Shown here: in pieces, positions 1 through 10,518 of the stretch
Layout: each line of letters opens with the position of its first letter
Numbering within the stretch: the stretch's first letter is position 1
Assembly (NCBI GenBank): GCA_950097015.1
Contig: CATNEN010000030.1
Location: 2,170,001-2,234,000, forward strand
From: Macrostomum hystrix
Lineage: Eukaryota > Animalia > Platyhelminthes
Length of the DNA: 64,000 bases
Direction of reading: 5' to 3'
Notes under the pieces: generated by a model
Database searches by the model: none
Seen by the model: the letters and a program-made list of their open reading frames with translations, nothing else
Told to the model about the DNA's origin: nothing
Translations under genes and position numbers: made by a program

Positions 1-580
1 TGGGTGTGTAGCCCTGAGGATGCTGGGGTGTGTAGCCCTGAGGATGCTGGGTGTGTAGCCCTGAGGATGCTGGGTGTGTAGCCCTGAGGATGCTGGGTGT
101 GTAGCCCTGAGGATGCTGGGGTGTGTAGCCCTGAGGATGCTGGGGTGTGTAGCCCTGAGGATGCTGGGGTGTGTAGCACTGAGGATGCTGGGGTGTGTAG
201 CCCTGAGGATGCTGGGTGTGTAGCCCTGAGGATGCTGGGGTGTAGCCCTGAGGATGCTGGGGTGTGTAGCCCTGAGGATGCTGGGGTGTGTAGCCCTGAG
301 GATGCTGGGGTGTAGCCCTGAGGATGCTGGGGTGTATAGCCCTGAGGATGCTGGGTGTGTAGCCCTGAGGATGCTGGGGTGTGTAGCCCTGAGGATGCTG
401 GGGTGTGTAGCCCTGAGGATGCTGGGGTGTAGCCCTGAGGATGCTGGGTGTGTAGCCCTGAGGATGCTGGGTGTGTAGCCCTGAGGATGCTGGGTGTGTA
501 GCCCTGAGGATGCTGGGGTGTGTAGCCCTGAGGATGCTGGGTGTGTAGCCCTGAGGATGCTGGGGTGTGTAGCCCTGAGG
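1..580. repeat. Minisatellite, ~22-25 bp unit GTGTGTAGCCCTGAGGATGCTGGG, inside an SLC30A7 intron (runs off window start)
   Basis: Direct tandem repetition; explains the spurious CSPEDAGV / CVALRMLG ORFs. Confidence 0.97.
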
Positions 581-669
581 GAGCCTTGGGTATGCGGTCC
601 CGAGGATCGTGTGTAGCCTTGGTGACCTAGGGGGAGCTGTAATAAACAAAACAGAGTTTAAAAGCTTAC

Positions 670-1141
670 CTCCACAGCCTCAGAAAAGATAAAGAACGCG
701 ACAAACAATAGGAACAGTCCATTCACAAAGCCGCCCATTATCTCGGCTCGGACGTAGCTAGATAGGGAGAAAAATATTAGACTTAGGAAGCATTTCAGTG
801 AACCCAGACTAACATATAAAATTTGCTTACAAATTAATAAGTGCTTACCCATATGAGTAGTTTGGGTTCGCGCGCCATTTAGAAACCAGCGAGGCTGCCA
901 ATCCAGTTAGGAGGGCTGTGCAGTCGAAGAACATGTGAAATGAGTCGGATATCAAGCCCAGGCTGTTTGTCCAAACGCCGTAGAACAATTCAACAAAGGC
1001 GAATGACAAGTTCAGAAGCAGAAAGAAAAATAGATTGCGCGAGTCGCGATCAGAGAGGATTAACCTAATCCAGCCTGCAATCTTGTCACAGATTCCCCAG
1101 CTAGCTTTCACGCCAGTGTCCTTAGAGTGCAAAGGCAGCAT
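670..1141 (-). CDS. SLC30A7: Zinc transporter ZnT7 (CDF family), first two coding exons; gene continues off the left edge
   Basis: Exons 1141-849 and 757-670 with GTAAG donors and a CTAG acceptor, in frame. Protein MLPLHSKD...ILSDRDSRNLFFFLLLNLSFAFVELFYGVWTNSLGLISDSFHMFFDCTALLTGLAAS...YSYGYVRAEIMGGFVNGLFL closely matches the ZnT7/ZnT5 N-terminal TM region. Confidence 0.92.
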
Positions 1142-1720
1142 TTCTGGCCTCTTACCTGGAATGCACCAAATATGCGAATGTATATTTTTCATATACACAT
1201 AATATATATTAATATATACTTATATCACACTTCACGAATAAACACATTTAAAAAATTGCTGTCCTTTTACTCCTATTACGTTGCTTTAAAAAACTAAATT
1301 GAGATGTGGTCCAATTCTTAATATTGTCTTACAAATCAATTTAAGTAAAGATAATAATTTTCTTAGAAGAAAATATTAAATAAAAAGTAGTAAAAAATAA
1401 TAATATATGATTACTAAGAATTCTACTACTTTGAATAATATCTCAATAGATTAATTCTAAAACTAGTTTAGTGTAAAACACTGAATAAAATATAGAAAAG
1501 GCAAGCTACCAGGTTATGTTTTAATTATATATATATATTAATATATACCTACCCACACAATTCTGCACTCTAATATCTATAAAAATGTTAAAATATATAA
1601 CTTGAAAAGACAAGTATATATTGGTTTCAGGCAAACAGTACAACAGTACAGGTGGATATGTATGAACAAGATTAACTAATTTCTTGGAAAGAGATTGGAA
1701 AGACAGTGAGTTGAGATTAA

Positions 1721-2177
1721 ATGGTCCCAGGTCATTTCGGTGACAAGACATTTCGGTGACACAATTGGTCAGATTGGAGACAACTATTTTTGCACCTAAA
1801 TATGCTAAAAAACTGCCTTTCATCTTAACTATGCACACTTATAAAGTATTAATTAAATAATGCTATAAGTATTAATAAGTAGCTGTACATCGCTCTGATT
1901 AAGTCTGGGTTTTACTTTAAATGAGTTAAATTATTAAATTATTTAATGAGTAGTCAATAGTTTCAATAGTTATTCATTCCTAATTAAATGTGTATAATAA
2001 TCTTTTTTTAAGTTTTGGATTGACAAGGTGAGTGCAGACTTTAAGCAGCTGCTGGATCATGGAAGGCTGTTTTCTCAGCATATTTAGGTGCAAAAATAGT
2101 TGTCACCAAACAGACCAATTCTGTCACCAAAATGACTGTCACCGAAATGTCTTGTCACCGAAATGACCTGGGACCGA
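1721..2177. mobile_element. MITE (non-autonomous DNA transposon) with ~100-130 bp imperfect terminal inverted repeats, flanked by TTAA on both sides
   Basis: Left end ATGGTCCCAGGTCATTTCGGTGACAAGACATTTCGGTGAC matches the reverse complement of the right end (...GTCACCGAAATGTCTTGTCACCGAAATGACCTGGGACCGA). TTAA at 1717-1720 and 2178-2181. Non-coding AT-rich interior. Confidence 0.85.
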
Positions 2178-3379
2178 TTAAACTACTAAACATGAAATGC
2201 CCACAAGGTGTGCCCATCTAAAGTAGACAAGAAAGAAAAGGCTTAAATGTTTACCAGATAATTTAGCTTAGCATCTGGCTTTATTGGATTGTAATTGACT
2301 GATATAATTGTACATTTGTTGAATACTACAAATTTTATACTATAACTATAACAGCAACAATGCTATGATGCTGAAATGGGACAAATGGCACAGTGAGAAT
2401 ATTCTCGAAGATTACCTAATTTAGACAATACGGTACACTGCAATGTTACACACTCATACGCATAGTTATTTACATTAACTGGATTACGGGAGCGCATTTT
2501 ACACTACAATAATTAAAAACTAAAATGTAAGGGTGGACAAACAAGGACGCTAAATGCCTAAATTATATATAGTGTCAGGTACCAAACATTTTTGGTATTT
2601 TTTTCGTCGTAAGGTACCTGGCGTTACTTGTTTCGTGTAAAACTGCCACGCGTTAGTTTATTTACTTTGCAGGAAAGCAAACATCAATAAAATGCTATTT
2701 AGGGGACAATTTGCAGCAAATAAATGAAAAATTAAGAGATTACGAGTGTCTATAATATTTCTTCTAAACTCTGTTCAAAATTTACTTGGTAAATATTCTA
2801 GTGTTTTGTTATATAAATCATGTTCGATTTTGCGGCATGCAACATATACTTGACGAATTATTTTTTAAGATGTGAAATATATGTCCCATGTTTTATTTAG
2901 AAGAATGGAAGCGAACCCGAATTTGTCATTGAAAAAAATAAAAACAATTGTGAGAAGAAGATCTAATCTGAAGCTTTAATGTATTTTTGGAATAAGCAAA
3001 CTTAATTACTTGAATTGGAATACCCTAGTTGGGTATGTGGCTCTCCGCCACAACAAATGAAGCTAAGGCGATGAATTTGTATTTCGGTTAGCAGGGTTAA
3101 GAATGGGAGCCTTGGCCCCCGTGGTCGGCTTTATTTGGTTGAGCTGAGTACAGATAATCTATGGGAAAAAGGGAAGGCTAGTATTGCTTGGTGGAATAAG
3201 TGGGTTGTTTGTGGAAATAAAAGAAAGTTAACTAAGCCTCAAATAACAAAGTCTCAAATAAAAGTTCATTGGAGACGCTACAGGTAACACCATCCGAATA
3301 CTCACATTATTCATGTAATGTTCATAATGAGACGTTTAATTGGCTTCGAAGCAGAAGAATCTACTTCTGTTCAGTGTCT

Positions 3380-3642
3380 CTAAGGTCCACTTTGTTTCAT
3401 GCGATTGCGAGATTTCTTACAGTGCTCGAGACTGCATGCCGGCGTCGAGCCAAGGACGACTAGGAGCTTGCAGACTTTAGCTACTCCTTCCATAGAGGTC
3501 CTGGCATCAGGCATTGTCCAAGCACTGCCGCTTCGAAAGCGTTGCACTTTGGAACATTCTTTAGTTGCACATAGCTGGTAGCCAAAGACAATGAACAATA
3601 TGAAAGTTACCACAAGAATGAAATTTTTTTTGCGATTATCAT
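3380..3642 (-). CDS. Putative small secreted 4-Cys protein; the ATG is one base out of frame across an A8 run
   Basis: ORF 3380-3613 has a hydrophobic start (VVTFILFIVFGYQLCA) and 4 further Cys. Adding one A to the homopolymer gives MIIAKKNFILVVTFILF..., a signal-peptide-like N-terminus. Confidence 0.35.
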
Positions 3643-4819
3643 GAAATGCAGATTGTCACGCAGTTGCGATGCCATGCAGATCAACGCCGGAAATCTTTGA
3701 CGTGACGCTGCATACAATTAAATGTCATATACTTGTATTTAAGTTCATACCAATTTTTTTGTGTAGCTACTGAAACGCGTGAAACATGCATTCTTTTTTC
3801 CATAGACCTGGTCGAAGTTAGACCTAAACAATTGTATCATGTAAACATTTTTCATTCAATCTGATAAGGGCGTATAATGCCATTCATTCTGATTAATTTG
3901 ATACGTTCAAATTAAAACGACACGACTTATGTTTTGTTTAGCTAAAAGTTTAGAGGGAAGCCACTTTTTTTTTATATTTTGGCCTATAGTGGGTGGAATT
4001 TCATTCATCCGCACTAATATTTGATCAAGCCCTGTGCCCGTGCCAATAAAAAGACTCAACTATAATTAGGGCTCGATCCATCTTCCTCTACCGAGCAGAA
4101 AATTGCAGGAAACGGAACAATTCAGATAAAATCGGATCGACTGCTGCCCGAGGCTACCCACAGTTGCATTCTTTGAGAATAGAACTCACTATATCAGAAC
4201 AGGGTTTCATCAAGTGGAAAAAATAATTGCAGTGTTTTCCTTCCTATCACATTTTCCATGCCTGCAAAAGATATCGATAGAGAATGCTTGCGATCAATCT
4301 GGCCCTAAGTCGATGCTCAAATTAAAATGTCTTCAGGCGCTGCGTAATTGCTCTCTTCTTGCCAGATTGCGACACTGATCCAGTGAGTCGCCCCATCCCC
4401 TAAGGCGTCAGAGAAGAAGTAATTCATAATTACTCGCAGAAGTCTCGACTTATTCCTGTTCTCTCTGCAGCTACATGGTTTCTGATCGCGGCACCGATGC
4501 AGCTCAATGGTTCCGATCCATCCCGATCTCAAATTGACTTCCAACGAATTGGAGCAGATTATACAGGATGAAGGGGGCGGGGGAGGGGGCAGACAGTGGG
4601 CCAAGGTGAGGGGAGAAAGTGTTTAAAAGGAGAAGTTGTGATCTCGAACTCGGACCAGCCTAGTTTGGTCAAAGCACAAGCCCAGTATAGCTCACTTTGT
4701 CGACTTGCACATCGCAAAATCTGTTCAGGTAAGTCCTCGTATTAATGCGAGCTTACTTTTATTTGGATTATTGCTTTAATATAAAATGACCCGCATCCTG
4801 TGCTGTCAATCAATCAAGC

Positions 4820-5345
4820 ATGAATCAGCTGGTCTACCTGTCCACTCTGGCCTGCCTGTTGCTGGCCGCCACAACCTGCGCCCAGGCCTTCAGTCTGCGC
4901 TCGGACGCCACGGCCAATGGACCGGACGATCTGACGGAAATGCCAGTGGCCGCGTTTCCTCACATGTCGGCCTGGCAGCGCTGCCTGTTTGTGTGCAGCT
5001 TCTGCTTCCGCGGCGAGGGCAAGGTAACGACTGGCCTAGCGGGGTCAGAGTGCTGCGCAATCTGGGATGTCTATGTCCTAATTTTTCCTTTAACCGGGGC
5101 TTATGGGGCAAGGAATTTTTTTCAGGGGGACAAAGCACATTACACCCGAGGAAGATTAACAAGTTGTTACCTGCCAAAACCAAATACGATGAGCGGTCGA
5201 TTTGATGGGGGACTTTTGTTAATTTCTGACGCAGGAGAGCGACCTGTTGAGCTGCGCGAACAGCTGGTGCCTGGAGTCGCTAGGAAAAACCGGCGTCCTG
5301 CCCAAGGTGGCCGTCCAGATGTGCCCAGCCATGTCTCTGGTCTGA
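4820..5345 (+). CDS. Eclosion-hormone-like 6-cysteine secreted neuropeptide precursor, 104 aa, 2 exons
   Basis: Exons 4820-5023 and 5235-5345 (AAG|GTAACG donor, CGCAG| acceptor, phase 0). Signal peptide, then RCLFVCSFCFRGEGKESDLLSCANSWCLESLGKTGVLPKVAVQMCPAMSLV = C-x3-C-x2-C-x12-C-x4-C-x17-C. The gene model is solid; the family call is by Cys spacing. Confidence 0.75.
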
Positions 5346-5802
5346 GTCAGTCGGAGGATCACTACGAGTAGCGAGGATGACTTGGATGACGTTGCTAAAT
5401 TTTGTTAAAACTCGATTTGCTTTTTCCTTTTTGAACATTTGAGGCTCCAAAATATATAAAGTGCAAGCGACAAGCTTTGGAAGGCATCGGTTTAAAACTC
5501 ATAATAAGGAATACATAAAGCTGCTCTAGCATCTTTGTGATGATCTCAAAAGTCTTTTTCTGCTTCATTGCTGTTATGAGCTTCTATAAATATTATATAG
5601 GCGATAGCTACGCTCGTATAGCAGTTAATTTAATCGTGCATTAGGATTAGGATAACACCTGATAATAATCTCTAACATAGGACAATCCGATGGCGCGATG
5701 GTGCTGTCTAACAGTTTCTGTCTAACATTTCACACACTGCTGTTAGGTACGATGCAAATTTAAAACTGCTGTCAAATAGGTAACGCTTTGTGATGTCTTA
5801 CA

Positions 5803-6385
5803 TGTAACACTATCTACTGTCTAACAGGTAACACTATCTACTGTCTAACAGGTAACACTCTCTACTGTCTAACAGGTAACACTCTCTACTGTCTAACAGG
5901 TAACACTCTCTACTGTCTAACAGGTAACACTCTCTACTGTCTAACAGGTAACACTCTCTACTGTCTAACAGGTAACACTCTCTACTGTCTTACATGTAAC
6001 ACTATCTACTGTCTAACAGGTAACACTCTCTACTGTCTAACAGGTAACACTCTCTACTGTCTAACAGGTAACACTCTCTACTGTCTTACATGTAACACTA
6101 TCTACTGTCTAACAGGTAACACTCTCTACTGTCTAACAGGTAACACTCTCTACTGTCTAACAGGTAACACTCTCTACTGTCTAACAGGTAACACTCTCTA
6201 CTGTCTTACATGTAACACTATCTACTGTCTAACAGGTAACACTCTCTACTGTCTAACAGGTAACACTCTCTACTGTCTAACAGGTAACACTCTCTACTGT
6301 CTTACATGTAACACTATCTACTGTCTAACAGGTAACACTCTCTACTGTCTAACAGGTAACACTCTCTACTGTCTAACAGGTAACC
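5803..6385. repeat. Minisatellite, 24 bp unit CTACTGTCTAACAGGTAACACTCT
   Basis: Direct tandem repetition with a recurring variant (CTTACATGTAACACTAT). Confidence 0.97.
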
Positions 6386-6680
6386 TGTAAAACACGGGCA
6401 AAACGAAACTGCAGACGACAAACTCACTTAAAAGATTTATTTTGACTTTTGCAAAGTACTAGTTTTTAAAGCTTTCATTTTTCAAAGTTTTTAAAACTTT
6501 ATTAAGCTTCATTAAGCTTTCAGTGGCATTCGTCATTAAAAAACTATAAATTGGTGGCTAGCGAAGATAACTCGATAGGAAATGTGAATTTTTGATAAAT
6601 AGACTGCAAATAGAAATTGGCGAACTTGTGAAAGATAGGTAATGCAAGATGTACAAAATATTTACACTTAAAACTACATC

Positions 6681-7079
6681 TGACTCACGGGCTGTATCCC
6701 AGAACTCAAAACTGACTCACGGGCTGTATCCCAGAACTCAAAACTGACTCACGGGCTGTATCCCAGAACTCAAAACTGACTCACGGGCTGTATCCCAGAA
6801 CTCAAAACGGACTCACGGGCTGTATCCCAGAACTCAAAACTGACTCACGGGCTGTATCCCAGAACTCAAAACTGACTCACGGGCTGTATCCCAGAACTCA
6901 AAACTGACTCACGGGCTGTATCCCAGAACTCAAAACTGACTCACGGGCTGTATCCCAGAACTCAAAACGGACTCACGGGCTGTATCCCAGAACTCAAAAC
7001 TGACTCACGGGCTGTATCCCAGAACTCAAAACGGACTCACGGGCTGTATCCCAGAACTCAAAACTGACTAACGGGCTGT
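6681..7079. repeat. Minisatellite, 32 bp unit CTGACTCACGGGCTGTATCCCAGAACTCAAAA, about 12 copies
   Basis: Direct tandem repetition, near-perfect. Confidence 0.97.
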
Positions 7080-7421
7080 GATTCACAAAATTCCGAAGCA
7101 GAGACTGTGTTATTAAAAATTCACAAGTCACAAGTTCTATCCCAAACCCTGGTTTTCTCCAGACTATACAAAAAATCTGATTTCAAAACTGACAGAAATA
7201 TAGTTTGGCGATATATCCGAGGCAAATTGTGAGTGCATAAAGTTCTACAGCTAGAATGGGTTAGTGCTGAAAAAATCAGGAGTTAACAACAAAAAACGTA
7301 AAATTGGTCTTTTGTTTTTGAACATTGTAGAAAAAAGTGAGTGCTTCAAGAAGAAAACTTAAAATTAAGCGGAAAGCAAGCAGGGCTCCCCCAGCTGTTG
7401 TAATACGAGCTGCAGCTGCTC

Positions 7422-9717
7422 TCAGCCGCGACTGCTATGACATCGCCGACGCCACTTCTTGCAGCCGCGACCTCGATACTGCCGAGCCTCACACCTGGAG
7501 CACGTCTGCCTAGTGAGGGTTTCCAGGGCCTCCGACTCCGCATCGTGATTGGCACAGGCGCCATCGACGAGGCGCAGAATCTGCGGAAATGATTTAAATG
7601 ATCAACTGAGGGATTGGAGGAAGGCAGCGGATGATCAACTGAGGCATTGGAGGTAGGCAGCGGATGATCAACTGAGGCATTGGAGGTAGGCAGCGGATGA
7701 TCAACTGAGGGATTGGAGGAAGGCAGCGGATGATCAACTGAGGGATTGGAGGAAGGCAGCGGATGATCAACTGAGACATTGGAGGTAGGCAGCGGATGAT
7801 CAACTGAGGCATTGGAGGTAGGCAGCGGATGATCAACTGAGACATTGGAGGTAGGCAGCGGATGATCAACTGAGGAATTGGAGGTAGGCAGCGGATGATC
7901 AACTGAGACATTAAAGGTAGGCAGCGGATGATCAACTGAGGCATTGGAGGAAGGCAGCGGATGATCAACTGAGGCATTGGAGGTAGGCAGCGGATGATCA
8001 ACTGAGGCATTGGAGGTAGGCAGCGGATGATCAACTGAGGCATTGGAGGTAGGCAGCGGATGATCAACTGAGGCATTGGAGGTAGGCAGCGGATGATCAA
8101 CTGAGGCATTGAAGGTAGGCAGCGGATGATCAACTGAGGCATTGGAGGAAGGCAGCGGATGATCAACTGAGGCATTGGAGGTAGGCAGCGGATGATCAAC
8201 TGAGGCATTGGAGGTAGGCAGCGGATGATCAACTGAGGCATTGGAGTTAGGCAGCGGATGATCAACTGAGGCATTGGAGGTAGGCAGCGGATGATCAACT
8301 GAGGGATTGGAGGTAGGCAGCGGATGATCAACTGAGGCATTGGAGGTAGGCAGCGGATGATCAACTGAGACATTGGAGGTAGGCAGCGGATGATCAACTG
8401 AGACATTGGAGGTAGGCAGCGGATGATCAACTGAGGCATTGGAGGAAGGCAGCGGATGATCAACTGAGGCATTGGAGGTAGGCAGCGGATGATCAACTGA
8501 GGCATTGGAGGTAGGCAGCGGATGATCAACTGAGGCATTGGAGTTAGGCAGCGGATGATCAACTGAGGCATTGGAGGTAGGCAGCGGATGATCAACTGAG
8601 GCATTGGAGGTAGGCAGCGGATGATCAACTGAGGCATTGGAGTTAGGCAGCGGATGATCAACTGAGGCATTGGAGGTAGGCAGCGGATGATCAACTGAGG
8701 CATTGGAGTTAGGCAGCGGATGATCAACTGAGGCATTGGAGGTAGGCAGCGGATGATCAACTGAGACATTGGAGGTAGGCAGCGGATGATCAACTGAGAC
8801 ATTGGAGGTAGGCAGCGGATGATCAACTGAGACATTAAAGGTAGGCAGCGGATGATCAACTGAGGGATTGGAGGAAGGCAGCGGATGATCAACTGAGGCA
8901 TTGGAGGTAGGCAGCGGATGATCAACTGAGGCATTGGAGGTAGGCAGCGGATGATCAACTGAGGGATTGGAGGTAGGCAGCGGATGATCAACTGAGGCAT
9001 TGGAGGTAGGCAGCGGATGATCAACTGAGACATTGGAGGTAGGCAGCGGATGATCAACTGAGACATTGGAGGTAGGCAGCGGATGATCAACTGAGACATT
9101 GGAGGTAGGCAGCGGATGATCAACTGAGACATTGGAGGTAGGCAGCGGATGATCAACTGAGACATTGGAGGTAGGCAGCGGATGATCAACTGAGGGATTG
9201 GAGGAAGGCAGTGGATGATCAACTGAGACATTGGAGGTAGGCAGCGGATGATCAACTGAGACATTGGAGGTAGGCAGCGCATGATCAACTGAGACATTGG
9301 AGGTAGGCAGCGGAGAAGCCTCAGAACAAGGTGGAGAGCAACTGGTGCAGGTCCACAGTCAATCCTCTGGTCAAACCTGCGAATCGCTGGAGCAGACATC
9401 CGCGTGCATGTGGCACAGGCTGGGGAAGGTCCGTTCAGCAGGGAGGCCGCTGAGCTGCGCGCATACTCGGCCAGAGAACTGGAGTTCCAGACTCGAGATC
9501 GGCGATAAAGACGACGCTGATGATGCGTTGCCGAAATCGTCGCGTCTTTGTCGTCGAAGTCGGCGAAGTCTATGGCGTCGTCCTCGGCGTTGACGCAGTC
9601 GGCGACGTTCGTTGACGCAGTTGACATTGGTGACGCAACGGCAGACGGGCAGGTCCTGGATGTTGGCGAGGCAGAGCTCGCCTTTGGCCCGGTTGCAGGA
9701 CACTCGACGGCAGGCCG
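7422..9717 (-). CDS. Follistatin-module (FOLN + Kazal) protein, last two exons; 5' exon(s) not identified
   Basis: Exons 9717-9377 and 7580-7422 (CAG|GTTTGA donor, TTTCCGCAG| acceptor, phase 0). CRRVSCNRAKGELCLANIQDLPVCRCVTNVNC is FOLN-like. VCAQ...RTFPSLCHMHADVCSSDSQ|ILRLVDGAC is Kazal-like and is completed only by the splice. Confidence 0.7.
7597..9313. repeat. Intronic minisatellite, 33 bp unit ATGATCAACTGAGGCATTGGAGGTAGGCAGCGG, about 52 copies
   Basis: Direct tandem repetition; fills ~95% of the 7581-9376 intron; source of the 718-aa repeat ORF. Confidence 0.98.
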
Positions 9718-10518
9718 CTGGAGGCGATGGTATAAAATGGGATTTCTCAAACATTGCTCTGAATAAAAACTTCTTCGGCGAATCCATGCGGCTCAAAAAT
9801 GAAAAAAAATCCAAAAATTGTATGAACAGAAATGAATACGCTAATATTTGTGGTTCTTGCCACCAGGACACCCCGACGAGAATCGTTGAATATCTCGACG
9901 ATGCCGATGTTTTGTGACTCTGGAAGTTGTTTCTTCGGATTGAGAGAAAAATTGCAGCCCATGTTCTGGATTTTCACGGCGATTGGTTGAATGTTTTGTG
10001 TAACACACTAAAAGTGGGGAACGAACCTCGCGCTGGCAGACCGAGACCTGTTTCTGGCTTGTTTGCTTCGTCAGTCAGCCATAGCCACACGCAGTCCTCT
10101 CCCACCACTCTTAGTGTGCACAGAAGTCTCTTTTAAGCTAGCCAATTTTATGGCGATATTTTTTAGTGTTATGTGAGAGTTTTACAGCCAAGTCTTTGCT
10201 TTTCTACTGTTGTCAGTAGTCTGAATTGTATCTCTCACATTTTGGGAGATTAGGAAAACTGAAAAATTCTGGTATTTGAAATACCCCCGTGCTCTTTCTA
10301 CTGTCAATTGGTTCAGATATTTTTTAGGAATATTTGTTTTATTGTATATTTAAATAGCGAATGAAATATATTATATTGAGATTGGATTGTTATGCAAGTC
10401 GAATATGAGTACACAAGGGAATTCAGCTCGCACCGTTTCAAAGTTTACGAGCTAAAAATTTAAAATAAGAAGCCAATCGAGTTTCTAGCCAATCAGATTC
10501 GAGTGTGGGGTGGTTGAG

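Noticed and set aside
6681-7079. Regular 32-bp repeats, CRISPR-like in length (also the 33, 36 and 31 bp arrays)
   Set aside because: Units are head-to-tail with no unique spacers, there are no cas genes, and the context is eukaryotic
7594-9750. 718-aa ORF of IIRCLPPMPQL repeats
   Set aside because: Stop-free reading of a 33-bp satellite lying in a well-formed intron; it is in a different frame from the spliced follistatin exons
9927-10136. Candidate first exon for the follistatin-like gene (phase-1 donor at 10027)
   Set aside because: The phase fits, but it has no ATG and no signal peptide, so it was left out of the model
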